A stretch of DNA of 64,000 nt, from contig JBAZUA010000003.1 of NCBI GenBank assembly GCA_041661645.1, positions 86,841 to 150,840 of the forward strand, in the 5' to 3' direction. Made by a program: the position numbers and the translations under genes. This DNA comes from Minisyncoccota bacterium (GTDB lineage: Bacteria > Patescibacteriota > Minisyncoccia > Phycocordibacterales > UBA6065). A model generated the notes under the pieces. The model made no database searches. It was given only the letters and a program-made list of their open reading frames with translations, and had not been told where the DNA came from. Each line of letters starts with the position of its first letter. Position 1 is the stretch's first letter. Positions 9,399 through 19,336 of the stretch are shown piece by piece.

Positions 9399-9911
9399 AT
9401 GTCGCACCAAATTGTTCCGTCAACCGCACCTAAACCAACAATCCAACAATTAATACAGAAAGGGTATTTAAGGCTTAACTATGATGACTCTGTCCCATTG
9501 CTCGCAAGGGCCGAGCTCGCAGGCATAGATGTCAGGAATCCCAATGTCAGGTTTATGCTCAGGGAACAGGCCCTGCCGAGGGGCATCAGCTTTCTGGGGA
9601 CGTTCCTTTGCAGACAGGTCTCGTCAGCCGTCAGGCGCGTGGATTTCCTTCGGGACACGTGCCGAGAGTTTGGCGATTGTCAGTTCGCCATCATTCCCGA
9701 GACAGTGGCGTTCCTTGCCGAATACGCGCCCTATTGTGGGTATCTGAGGGTCGTCTGTGCGAATTCGGGGATAGAGAGGCTTGGTGGGGACCATGTCCTG
9801 TCAATGTTTTTCAAGCGCAATCACGACACCCAGAAGATTGACGTCTCGGTGTCCGGGGGTAACGGCCAGGGTGTCCTGAGCAGGGATGACGTCGTCCTCT
9901 TCAAAAGGTGA
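9399..9911 (+). CDS. Hypothetical orphan protein
   Basis: 170-aa ORF filling the argS-ileS gap, followed by a terminator-like hairpin at about 9924-9954. Confidence 0.55.
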   Translation: MSHQIVPSTAPKPTIQQLIQKGYLRLNYDDSVPLLARAELAGIDVRNPNVRFMLREQALPRGISFLGTFLCRQVSSAVRRVDFLRDTCREFGDCQFAIIPETVAFLAEYAPYCGYLRVVCANSGIERLGGDHVLSMFFKRNHDTQKIDVSVSGGNGQGVLSRDDVVLFKR

Positions 9912-9991
9912 AGTCGATTTTTCGCGGGGTTCCCAGAAGGAATCCCGCTTTTTTGTAAAAAAACCCGAAAATTGCTACTCTAAGTGTCTAT

Positions 9992-12900
9992 ATGGCAGAA
10001 AACACCAATAACCCGCAGGAGCCAAAAATCAAGTCAAAGCTCGTTGAATTGGAGGCCAAGACCCTGGCCTTCTGGAACGAGAGGCAGATTTTCAAGAAGA
10101 CCCTCGCCCGAAAAGGAAAGGACTTTGTCTTCTATGACGGGCCTCCGTTCGCGACGGGCCTTCCTCATTTCGGCCACCTTCTGCCGACCACCATCAAGGA
10201 CATCATCCCTCGATACAAGACCATGCAAGGGTATCGAGTTAAGCGACGCTGGGGCTGGGACTGTCACGGCCTTCCCGTCGAGAATCTCATCGAGAAGGAG
10301 CTCGGCCTCAAGTCTAAGAAGGACATACTCGACTATGGCATAGGCAAGTTCAACGCGGCCGCCGAGGCGAGCGTGCTTCGCTATGCCAAGGAGTGGAGGG
10401 AGATCATACCCCGCATCGGGCGATGGGTGGACATGGAGGAGGATTATCGCACCATGGACTGCGGATACACGGAATCCGTGTGGTGGGCATTCAAGACCCT
10501 TCATGACAAAGGGCTCGTCTATGAGGGATTCAAGTCCATGCAGATCTGTCCGCGCTGCGAGACGACGCTCTCTAACTTCGAGGTGAATCAGGGCTACAAG
10601 GACATCACTGATATATCGGTATTCGTTCGCCTCGAGCTCGTGGGGGAGGAGAACACGCATCTCCTCGCCTGGACCACGACGCCGTGGACCTTGCCTGGAA
10701 ACGTGGCGCTCGCCGTCGGTTCCGAGATCGACTATGCCCGCGTGTCCCATGATGGGGCGACCTACATAATCGCACGCGACAGAGTCGCCGATGTGTTTGC
10801 AGGCAAGGAGCACTCGCTCATGTCTGTCGAGAAGGGAAGCGCGCTTGTGGGCAAGGAATACAAGCCCCTTTTCTCCTATTTTGACAACGGGGGTCTCAAG
10901 AATCGCGCCAATGGGTTCAAGATATATGCCGCAGAGTTCGTCACGACTGCGGATGGTACCGGCATCGTGCACATCGCGCCCGCCTTCGGTGATGATGACC
11001 TCAAGCTGGGGCAGAAGCATGACCTTCCGTTCATACAGCACGTGGGCATGAATGGCGTGTTCGTTCCCGAGGTTCTCGACTTCAGGGGACTCGAGGTGAA
11101 GCCCAAGGGTGACCATCAGAGCACTGACATCGAGGTCATCAAGTGGCTCGCCCACAAGGGATTCCTCTTCGAGAAGAAGAAGATAATTCATTCGTATCCG
11201 CACTGCTGGCGTTGTGACACCCCTCTCCTTAACTATGCCACCTCTTCGTGGTTCGTTCGCGTCACCGATTTCAAGGACAAGCTCGTGGCGGCGAACAAGA
11301 AGGTGTCCTGGACGCCGTCTGACATCCGTGACGGGCGCTTCGGCAAATGGCTCGAGGGCGCGCGCGACTGGGCGATATCACGCTCCCGATTCTGGGGCGC
11401 GCCGATACCCGTCTGGAGGGGCATCAAGAGCGGAAAGATATATCCCGTCGGAAGCATAGGTGATCTCAAATCCCTCATAAGGAAATCAGGAAATTCGTAC
11501 ACGCTCCTGCGACATGGCGAGTCAGAGTCGAACGTCCTCGGCATACTCAATTCTGAATTCCCAAACAAATACCATTTGACCAAGAAGGGCAGGGAGCAGA
11601 TATCGGAGCGGGCAAAGGCCCTTGCCGCGCAGGGCGTCGACGTGATCGTCGCGTCGGACTTCCTTCGCACCAAGGAGAGCGCCAGAATCGTCGCCGAGGC
11701 CTGCGGCATGGACGCCAAGGACATCGTGTATGACGTGCGCCTTCGCGAGTACAGCGTCGGCCCCAATCTCGAGGGTCAGGCCTGGGAGAGCATAGAGGCC
11801 GCCGTGAGGAAACACGGCCTTCAGGCCGGCATGGAGACCCCTGCCGAGCTCAAGAGGCGCGTCCTTGACGCGATGTACGATATCGACAGGAAATATTTTG
11901 GCAAGAAAATACTTGTCATAAGTCACGGTGCGCCCCTCAACACCATCCTTCATGGCGTGCAGGAGGTGCCAGGAACCGACAAGGTCTCGCACAGCGAGCG
12001 CAAGAGCTTCCAGACTCCCGCCGAGATGCACTCTTTGGATTTCGTGGCGCTCCCTCATAACGAGCGATTCGACCTTGACCTTCATAGGCCATTCATCGAC
12101 AAGGTCGAGTGTGTCGCCCCAGACGGGGAGGAGCTTGTTCGCGTGTCCGAGGTCTTTGACTGCTGGTTCGAGTCAGGATCAATGCCGTTCGCCCAGTTCC
12201 ATTACACAGGCTCGGCACTGCCTCACTTTAACCCGCGCGGCGGACTCTTCAGGAAAGCGCTCGGCTTTCCCGCCGATTTTATCGCCGAGGGGGTAGACCA
12301 AACTCGGGGCTGGTTTTATACGCTCACCGTGCTTGGCGTGGCCCTCTTTGGGAGGTCTCCATTCAAGAATGTGATTGTGAACGGCATTGTTCTCGCCGAG
12401 GATGGGCAGAAGATGGCCAAGTCAAAAGGTAACTTCCCGCCGCTTCTTGACACTGTCGACAAATACGGCGCCGACTCGCTGCGATATTTCTTTGCCTCGA
12501 GTCCCGCGGTGAAGGCCGAGGACACGCGCTTCTCGGAGAAGGGCGTCGACGAGGTGTCAAAGAAGCTGCTTCAGAGGCTCGATAATGTTCTGTCGTTCTT
12601 CGAGCTCTACGGCGATGCCAAGACCCCGATGGTTCCTGATTCCGCCCACGTGCTCGACTCATGGATACGTGCGCGTCTTGCCGAGGTCCGAGACGAGGTG
12701 ACTGCCGCTCTCGATGCCTGCCAGATAGATCGTGCCGCACGACCCCTCATGGGCTTCGTCGACGATCTCTCGACCTGGTATATTCGCCGATCCCGAGACC
12801 GATTCAAGTCCGATAATGCCGTCGATCAGGCCCTCGCCCTCGGCACCACGAAATACGTCTTGCGCGAGTTTGCCAAGATATCCGCCCCTTTCATACCGTT

Positions 12901-13483
12901 CTATGCCGAATATCTCTTCGGTCGCGTTCGCGTTGACGCCAACGAGGAGAGTGTTCACCTCGAGCTGTGGCCAAGATGTGTCACAAAAAAGGAATCCCAG
13001 AAACTCATCGATGACATGTCCGAAATTCGCCGACTCGTCACCATTGGCCTCGAGCAAAGGGCCAAGGCGGGCATAAAGGTTCGCCAGCCGCTCGCGTCCC
13101 TTTCCATCAAGAAGGATCAGTTTTGCACGGACCTCCTCGACCTTGTGAAGGACGAGGTTAACGTAAAAGAGGTTCTTCTCGACACGTCTCTCGATCAGGA
13201 GGTTGTCCTCGATGTCGTGGTCACTGACGTCCTTAAGAAAGAGGGCGTCGCTCGCGATGTCATTCGCGCGGTGCAGGATCTCCGCAAGAAGGAGGGTCTG
13301 ACGGTGGGGGACAAGGTCTCGCTTCTTTTGGATTCCGATGAGAAGGGCAAGGAGCTGGTCCATGCTTTTCTCGGCGACATAAAGAGGGTGACCCTCGTTA
13401 CGGGGATCGAATATGCCACCCTTCCTCATGTCGAGCCCCTGGCCATCGAGGGCTACTCATTCAGGCTCGGCATCAGGAAGTAA
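9992..13483 (+). CDS. ileS: Isoleucine--tRNA ligase (type 2, eukaryote/archaea-like) with an inserted histidine-phosphatase domain
   Basis: DGPPFATGLPHFGH, GWDCHGLP, WTTTPWTLP, DWAISRSRFWG, EGVDQTRGWF, KMAKS; insert with LLRHGESESN and ILVISHG. Confidence 0.95.
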   Translation: MAENTNNPQEPKIKSKLVELEAKTLAFWNERQIFKKTLARKGKDFVFYDGPPFATGLPHFGHLLPTTIKDIIPRYKTMQGYRVKRRWGWDCHGLPVENLIEKELGLKSKKDILDYGIGKFNAAAEASVLRYAKEWREIIPRIGRWVDMEEDYRTMDCGYTESVWWAFKTLHDKGLVYEGFKSMQICPRCETTLSNFEVNQGYKDITDISVFVRLELVGEENTHLLAWTTTPWTLPGNVALAVGSEIDYARVSHDGATYIIARDRVADVFAGKEHSLMSVEKGSALVGKEYKPLFSYFDNGGLKNRANGFKIYAAEFVTTADGTGIVHIAPAFGDDDLKLGQKHDLPFIQHVGMNGVFVPEVLDFRGLEVKPKGDHQSTDIEVIKWLAHKGFLFEKKKIIHSYPHCWRCDTPLLNYATSSWFVRVTDFKDKLVAANKKVSWTPSDIRDGRFGKWLEGARDWAISRSRFWGAPIPVWRGIKSGKIYPVGSIGDLKSLIRKSGNSYTLLRHGESESNVLGILNSEFPNKYHLTKKGREQISERAKALAAQGVDVIVASDFLRTKESARIVAEACGMDAKDIVYDVRLREYSVGPNLEGQAWESIEAAVRKHGLQAGMETPAELKRRVLDAMYDIDRKYFGKKILVISHGAPLNTILHGVQEVPGTDKVSHSERKSFQTPAEMHSLDFVALPHNERFDLDLHRPFIDKVECVAPDGEELVRVSEVFDCWFESGSMPFAQFHYTGSALPHFNPRGGLFRKALGFPADFIAEGVDQTRGWFYTLTVLGVALFGRSPFKNVIVNGIVLAEDGQKMAKSKGNFPPLLDTVDKYGADSLRYFFASSPAVKAEDTRFSEKGVDEVSKKLLQRLDNVLSFFELYGDAKTPMVPDSAHVLDSWIRARLAEVRDEVTAALDACQIDRAARPLMGFVDDLSTWYIRRSRDRFKSDNAVDQALALGTTKYVLREFAKISAPFIPFYAEYLFGRVRVDANEESVHLELWPRCVTKKESQKLIDDMSEIRRLVTIGLEQRAKAGIKVRQPLASLSIKKDQFCTDLLDLVKDEVNVKEVLLDTSLDQEVVLDVVVTDVLKKEGVARDVIRAVQDLRKKEGLTVGDKVSLLLDSDEKGKELVHAFLGDIKRVTLVTGIEYATLPHVEPLAIEGYSFRLGIRK

Positions 13484-13495
13484 GTTCCCACAGGC

Positions 13496-14038
13496 ATGTC
13501 CTATTCCGTATACAGCACTCGCGGCTTCATTCTCGGAAGCGCGCCTTCGGGTGAGGCGGGCAAGACGTATTTCCTATACACCGAGCAGTTCGGGCTTGTC
13601 CGCGCCACGGCTATCGGCGTCCGCCACCTCAAGTCGAAGCTCCGCTATAATCTCGAGGATTACGGTTTCGTCACCTTTTCGCTGGTACGAGGCAAGGAGT
13701 TCTGGCGCATCACGGGTGCGGTGTCGGAAGCGGGCGCGGGCCACGACAGTCCTACGGGGCAGGACCTGCTCCAGGCCCGCGCCCGCATACTCAGCTTCAT
13801 GAAGCGCCTTGTCCAGGGCGAGGAACGCAACGACGATCTCTTTGTGGTGCTCCTCAGCCTTTTCGCCCAAGACGCATCGACGCTCGCGACTAAAGGGGAC
13901 CTCGTTGATTTCGAGACGCGCATTCTCGCCCGCTGCCTTGCCGCTCTCGGGTACGTAGACCTGGCCTCCATTGAGGGCATGGAACAGAGGGAGATGATTG
14001 TGGCGATCAACAAGGCCCTCAGGGAGAGTCATCTCTAG
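13496..14038 (+). CDS. recO: DNA repair protein RecO (short form, mainly the N-terminal OB domain)
   Basis: GEA..YFLYTEQFGLVRA.A.GVR..KSKLR motif. Confidence 0.8.
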   Translation: MSYSVYSTRGFILGSAPSGEAGKTYFLYTEQFGLVRATAIGVRHLKSKLRYNLEDYGFVTFSLVRGKEFWRITGAVSEAGAGHDSPTGQDLLQARARILSFMKRLVQGEERNDDLFVVLLSLFAQDASTLATKGDLVDFETRILARCLAALGYVDLASIEGMEQREMIVAINKALRESHL

Positions 14039-14076
14039 GAACTCCGAGGGCATCTCAGCGTGATATACTTTTAGCT

Positions 14077-16014
14077 ATGTTCGAAAGTGAAAAAAAGAGC
14101 CCTCTCGACAGGCTCAAGAAAGGACTCTACTCAAGGAATGACCTGTTCGGCGATTCCCCGCGACACGACATACGTAGGATTGAGCATGAGGAAATTCCCG
14201 TGTCTTGGGAGCGAGAGGGTATTCCCGAGGAGGGCCCTGCGTCTCCGGCTCAGTCGCCGCGGCCCCTTGGAGTCCGGAAGTCATATAAGATACTTTTCTT
14301 CTCAGCCGCATCTTTTCTCCTCATCGCCCTGGCCGTCGGTGCCTTCACCCTCTTTGGGGGCAGGAACTTCGTATCTGTCGATAACATGGACATACTCATC
14401 GATGGCCCTGTCTCGATCGGAGGGGGGGAGCCTCTTTCCCTCAATGTGTCCGTCAACAACAAGAATAATGCCGAGGTCGAACTGGTTGACCTCATAGCGA
14501 CGTACCCTCAGGGAACCAAGGACCCCCAGGACCCAACAAAGGACCTGGCTCGTACCAGACTCTCTCTTGGGACCATGCCTGCGGGCACCCTCACGCAGCG
14601 GACGTTTCAGTCTCTTATGTTCGGGGAGGAGGGCTCAGACAGGGAGGTTGTCTTCACCGTCGAATACAGGACGGCCAATTCAAACGCCATCTTCTATAAG
14701 GAAAAGTCATATAAGCTCAAGCTCGCGTCCTCGCCCGTCATTGTCTCTGTCGATGCCCTTGATAGGGTTCTGAGCGGTCAGGGCACGCCCGTTACCATCA
14801 CCATCTCTTCTAACACGACCTCGGTGGTCAAGGACCTCTTGCTCGTTCTAGAGTATCCCTCGGGATATTCCGTGACCTCAGCAAACCCCGCGGCAACCTA
14901 TTCAAACAACATATGGCGCATTGGCGATTTGGCGCCGGGCGCAAAGAGAGTGATCTTCCTGAACGGCTCGATTCAGGGCGAAGACGGCGACACGAGAACC
15001 ATTCATGCGAACATTGGCATACGCAACGCGGCAAACGAACGCGAGATCGCCACGCGCGTTGTTTCCAAGGATCATTCGTTCCAGCTAGAGAAGCCTTTCC
15101 TCGGACTGGACCTTGCCCTAAACGGCGTCAGGACCGACAATGTTCCCCTTGAGGCGGGAAGGGTTGTAAGGGCCGATGTCATCTGGACGAACAACAGCGC
15201 CACGAGGATCACCGGCGCTCGCATAGAGGCAAAGCTCTCGGGCAGTGCCCTCGACAGGGGCTCGATCAACGTGACGGGCGGATATTATGATTCGAAAATA
15301 GACACGATCATCTGGGAGGCGGGAAGGGTTTCCGGTCTCGATGCCATCACTCCCGGCGATACGAATCGCGTTGGCTTCACTTTCGCCTCGAAACAGGTGG
15401 TTCCCGGGAAACCCCTCATTAACCCCTCCATGTCCGTCGTCGTCACTGCCCGCGGCAACCGCGTCGATGAGACGGGGGTTTCGCAGGAGGTATCGACCGG
15501 GGTCTCTCGCTCAATCAGGCTCGTATCGAACCTTTCCCTGTCTTCCCGAATCCTCCGGTCCCAGGGTCCTTTCAATAACACAGGCCCTATTCCTCCGAAG
15601 GTTGACCAGGAGACGACCTATACCATCGTATGGACAGTGACTAACACTTCGAATAGTATCAATGACGCACGGGTCACGGCGACGCTCCCGCCCTATGTGT
15701 CGTGGGCTGGCGCCGTAAGCCCTGAGGGTGCGGATGTGACCTATAATCCGACAGGGGGACAGATAACGTGGCTTGTGGGATCGGTTCCCCAGAACGCGGA
15801 TGTGGGCTCAGGCGCACGCCAGGTGGCCTTTCAGGTCATCCTGAGGCCTAGCCTGACCCAGGCGGGATCAAGCCCCGAGGTTATCGGACAGAGCCTGATA
15901 GCCGGGACGGACTCTTTCACGGGAACGAATCTCACCAACTCGGCCCCGGGCCTCTCTACGGTCACGACGACGGATCCTCTCTGGCAGGATGGGCAGGGGG
16001 TAGTCACGAAATAA
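14077..16014 (+). CDS. Membrane-anchored extracellular beta-sandwich (DUF11/Ig-like repeat) protein
   Basis: Single TM near residues 72-92 followed by beta-rich repeats; GPIPPKVDQETTYTIVW motif. Confidence 0.7.
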   Translation: MFESEKKSPLDRLKKGLYSRNDLFGDSPRHDIRRIEHEEIPVSWEREGIPEEGPASPAQSPRPLGVRKSYKILFFSAASFLLIALAVGAFTLFGGRNFVSVDNMDILIDGPVSIGGGEPLSLNVSVNNKNNAEVELVDLIATYPQGTKDPQDPTKDLARTRLSLGTMPAGTLTQRTFQSLMFGEEGSDREVVFTVEYRTANSNAIFYKEKSYKLKLASSPVIVSVDALDRVLSGQGTPVTITISSNTTSVVKDLLLVLEYPSGYSVTSANPAATYSNNIWRIGDLAPGAKRVIFLNGSIQGEDGDTRTIHANIGIRNAANEREIATRVVSKDHSFQLEKPFLGLDLALNGVRTDNVPLEAGRVVRADVIWTNNSATRITGARIEAKLSGSALDRGSINVTGGYYDSKIDTIIWEAGRVSGLDAITPGDTNRVGFTFASKQVVPGKPLINPSMSVVVTARGNRVDETGVSQEVSTGVSRSIRLVSNLSLSSRILRSQGPFNNTGPIPPKVDQETTYTIVWTVTNTSNSINDARVTATLPPYVSWAGAVSPEGADVTYNPTGGQITWLVGSVPQNADVGSGARQVAFQVILRPSLTQAGSSPEVIGQSLIAGTDSFTGTNLTNSAPGLSTVTTTDPLWQDGQGVVTK

Positions 16015-16024
16015 GGAAAACAAC

Positions 16025-17419
16025 ATGAACAAAGAAAAAACAGAAAAGACAGACACCATGGAAAATCTCATATCCCTCCTCAAAAGGCGCGGATTCATAT
16101 TTCAGGGATCGGAAATCTACGGAGGTCTCGCCGGAACCTGGGACTACGCGCCCCTCGGCGTCGCCCTCAAGAACAATGTAAAGGGCCTCTGGTGGAAGAG
16201 GTTCGTCACTGACCGTGACGATATGTATGGAATGGACGCTGCGATACTCATGAATCAGAACGTGTGGAAGTCCTCCGGGCATGTTGCAGGATTCGCCGAT
16301 CCTCTCGTCGAAGACAAGAAGACCAAGAAGCGATTTCGAGCGGACCATCTCCTTGAGGAGGCGGGCGTAAATCCAAAAGGGATGTCACTCGATCAGATGT
16401 CATTGGTCATGAAGGAGAAGGGTATCAAGAGCCCTGATGGCAACGAGCTTTCTGACGTGAAGCAGTTCAACATGATGTTCAAGACGCATGTCGGCGCCAT
16501 GGAGGACGAGACGGCCATATCATATCTTCGTCCGGAAACGGCCCAGGGTATGTTCGTCAATTTCAAGAACATTCTCGACACCATGCATCCAAAGCTCCCG
16601 TTCGGCATGGCCCAGATAGGAAAAGCATTTCGAAACGAGATTGCCCCTCGTGATTTCATATTCCGCACCCGCGAGTTCGAGCAGATGGAGATCGAGTACT
16701 TCGTCGACCCAAAGAACTGGGAGGCAACCTTCGACCATTTCGTTTCTCAAGTTCACGCGTACACCGACGACGTCGGCCTTCCCAAGGAGACTGTGCATGA
16801 GCTCGAGATAGCGAAAGAGGACCTCGCGCACTATTCGAAACGCACCATCGACTTCGAGTTTGACTATCCTTTCGGCAGGAAGGAGCTCTATGGACTCGCC
16901 TACAGAACGGACTTCGACCTCAAGGCTCACAGCCAGGGAAGCAATGTCGACCTCTCGTACTATGACGAGGAGTCAAAGGCTCGCTTCGTCCCTCATTGCA
17001 TCGAGCCATCATTCGGCGTCGATCGAACCGTGCTCGCCGTACTCTCGTCCGCGTATCGCGAGGACGAGCTGGGCGGCGAGAAGCGTGTCTACCTCAAGCT
17101 CTCTCCCAACGTCGCGCCGATAAAAATAGCGGTGTTTCCACTTCTCAAGAACAAGGAAGCCCTCACGGGCAAGGCCCGCGAGATTCACGCCGTCCTTCGC
17201 AGGGAATTCGGCGCCGTCCAGTACGACGAGACCGGATCCATCGGCAAGCGCTATCGCAAGCAGGACGAGATTGGCACGCCGTTTTGTGTCACCATTGATT
17301 TCGAGACCATAGAAAAAGACGGATCATTCGTCACCGTTCGTGATCGCGACACGGGTGCGCAGGAGAAGGTAAAGCTCGCCGAACTCGTGTCATACCTCTC
17401 GCAGAAGCTGGGAAGGTAG
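16025..17419 (+). CDS. glyQS: Glycine--tRNA ligase, alpha2 (homodimeric) type
   Basis: KRRGFIF..SEIYGGL, YLRPETAQG, FRNEIAPR.FIFRTREFEQME, IEPSFGVDR. Confidence 0.97.
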   Translation: MNKEKTEKTDTMENLISLLKRRGFIFQGSEIYGGLAGTWDYAPLGVALKNNVKGLWWKRFVTDRDDMYGMDAAILMNQNVWKSSGHVAGFADPLVEDKKTKKRFRADHLLEEAGVNPKGMSLDQMSLVMKEKGIKSPDGNELSDVKQFNMMFKTHVGAMEDETAISYLRPETAQGMFVNFKNILDTMHPKLPFGMAQIGKAFRNEIAPRDFIFRTREFEQMEIEYFVDPKNWEATFDHFVSQVHAYTDDVGLPKETVHELEIAKEDLAHYSKRTIDFEFDYPFGRKELYGLAYRTDFDLKAHSQGSNVDLSYYDEESKARFVPHCIEPSFGVDRTVLAVLSSAYREDELGGEKRVYLKLSPNVAPIKIAVFPLLKNKEALTGKAREIHAVLRREFGAVQYDETGSIGKRYRKQDEIGTPFCVTIDFETIEKDGSFVTVRDRDTGAQEKVKLAELVSYLSQKLGR

Positions 17420-17441
17420 GATCCTCTCTAATATTTAAAAT

Positions 17442-17480
17442 AAAAAAACTCCCCAGTGACCAATTATGTGGTATGGGGAG
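17442..17480 (-). terminator. Intrinsic terminator of the candidate ncRNA
   Basis: Minus strand CTCCCCA...TGGGGAG followed by TTTTTTT. Confidence 0.75.
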
Positions 17481-17889
17481 GAAAAACAGCCTCTGGCTGG
17501 TTTTCTAAGTTTACTCTCGTAGGCATCAACGATTTACGACAACTCCTGCAGGAGTCGATGGACGTCTTGTTCACCAGTTACCAAACTTTAAGCTGTGAAC
17601 AATCCTAGACGGTTGAACGTCTGTCGTTGATATTTTCCTACTACCTGAGCGTTATGCATACGAAACCAGAACCTAATCAGGCATCGCGTTCCCAGGTTTT
17701 TCCTTTCAGTGTGCTGTGTCTCTGTTTTTACCCTAACTGTCGTTTCTTATTAGGGTACTGGCACTTGTCTCTACTCATCCAATCGAGAAGGCTTTACGCA
17801 TAAAGCTTGGCGCATATCGATATCTCCAGATTATCGACGGCCTTGGTTCTCTTCATGGAACGTCTGAAGCATCATCAGAAATGCTTTTC
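17442..17889 (-). ncRNA. Candidate large structured non-coding RNA (~450 nt), family not recognised
   Basis: No ORF of 60 aa or more on either strand; bounded by a consensus promoter and an intrinsic terminator on the minus strand; many nested helices. Confidence 0.65.
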
Positions 17890-17895
17890 ATATAT

Positions 17896-17924
17896 ATCTT
17901 AACATGAGTAACTAGCAAAGTCAA
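17896..17924 (-). promoter_or_regulatory. sigma70 promoter driving the candidate ncRNA
   Basis: Minus strand TTGACT-17 bp-TAAGAT. Confidence 0.7.
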
Positions 17925-18052
17925 GGATTTATGGCGGATTATTTTTGAGATGCCCCAAAGACGGCTTTATACAACGCTCATTAATAGTTAGAGTCATTCC
18001 GTTTTTTCTGCTAATGTGTATCTACGGTAATTAAACTAGACTTATAAACGCA

Positions 18053-19324
18053 ATGAAACACACCAAAACCATATTGGACAATGGCGTCCGCGTCATCACT
18101 GTGCCCATGGAGGGGAACCCGACCGTAACCGTCATGGTGACGGTGGGTACGGGTTCGTATCACGAGGAGGAGGGGGAGTTCGGCCTCTCGCATTTTCTCG
18201 AGCACATGTGCTTCAAAGGCACGTCCAAGCGACCCACATCGCTTTCCATCACGACCGAGCTCGATGGCATGGGCGCAATCTACAACGCCTTCACCTCAAA
18301 CGAGATAACGGGCTATTACGCCAAGGCCGACAGCAAGCATTTCGACCGCATCGGCGACATTGTCGTCGATATATACAAGAATTCCATATTTCCCGAGGCT
18401 GAGATCGAGAAGGAGAAGGGCGTGGTCTTGGGGGAGATAGACATGTATTCTGACGAGCCCCAGGAGAAGATTTCGGATGCCCTGCGCGAGTTCATGTACA
18501 GGGGACAGGTCGCGGCTCGGCAGATATTAGGCACCAAGGATACCGTTCGCTCGTTCACCCGGGCGGACATACTTCGCTACAGGGACATGCAGTACAAGGC
18601 GCAGAATACTCTCGTCACCATAGCGGGCGGAGTTTCCGAGGATTTCATGTTGTCTTTTGCCCGATCAGCCTTCGGTGACATGTCTTCTGGCGAGGCGCGG
18701 GCTGAGTTCAAGACCGTCGACAGGGAACAGTCTGGCCCCGAGACGGTCTTTCTCGAGAAGGACACTGATCAGGCCCATATGATTCTGGCCTGGAGGACAT
18801 TCGACCGTTCCCACAAGGAGCGCTTTGCCGCCCGCATCGTGAACGCCCTTCTCCGCGGGGGAATGAGCTCGAGGCTTTTCATAAAGCTGCGCGACGAGAT
18901 GGGTTCCGGATATTACATAGGGTCCGGACATGAGACATACAGCACCTTTGGCCAATTCCACATATCTACGGGTACGACCGCGGAGAGGGCTCCTGAAATT
19001 GCTACCGCCATAATTGGCGAGGTGAGACGTCTTCAGGACGAGGTCGTGCCGCAGGGCGAGCTCGAGAAAATAAAGGAGCTCATCAGGTCCCGCGTCCGCA
19101 TGTCCCTCGAGACTTCTGACGGGGTTGCCGATTTTTTTGCCGAACAGGAAATGTTCGAGGACGCGGTGCGCTCTCCCGAAGAGCTTGATGTCGTCCTCTC
19201 GTCTGTTACCGCTGAGGATGTCATTCGCGTCTCGAAAATTCTCTTCGACCCGTGCAGGCTGACCTTCGCCGCCATAGGCAAGGGCATAGACAGGGAAGCG
19301 GTTTCAAAAGCAATCGCAGCGTAG
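18053..19324 (+). CDS. M16 family (pitrilysin-like) zinc metallopeptidase
   Basis: GLSHFLEHMCFKGT (HxxEH), NAFTS, SSRLF..LR. Confidence 0.95.
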   Translation: MKHTKTILDNGVRVITVPMEGNPTVTVMVTVGTGSYHEEEGEFGLSHFLEHMCFKGTSKRPTSLSITTELDGMGAIYNAFTSNEITGYYAKADSKHFDRIGDIVVDIYKNSIFPEAEIEKEKGVVLGEIDMYSDEPQEKISDALREFMYRGQVAARQILGTKDTVRSFTRADILRYRDMQYKAQNTLVTIAGGVSEDFMLSFARSAFGDMSSGEARAEFKTVDREQSGPETVFLEKDTDQAHMILAWRTFDRSHKERFAARIVNALLRGGMSSRLFIKLRDEMGSGYYIGSGHETYSTFGQFHISTGTTAERAPEIATAIIGEVRRLQDEVVPQGELEKIKELIRSRVRMSLETSDGVADFFAEQEMFEDAVRSPEELDVVLSSVTAEDVIRVSKILFDPCRLTFAAIGKGIDREAVSKAIAA

Positions 19325-19336
19325 TATGATTGGGTC

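Noticed and set aside
17442-17889. T-box, RNase P, tmRNA or SRP identity for the non-coding unit
   Set aside because: It is downstream of and antisense to glyQS and lacks the T-box bulge, the RNase P P4 motif, tRNA-like ends and the SRP loop; left unassigned
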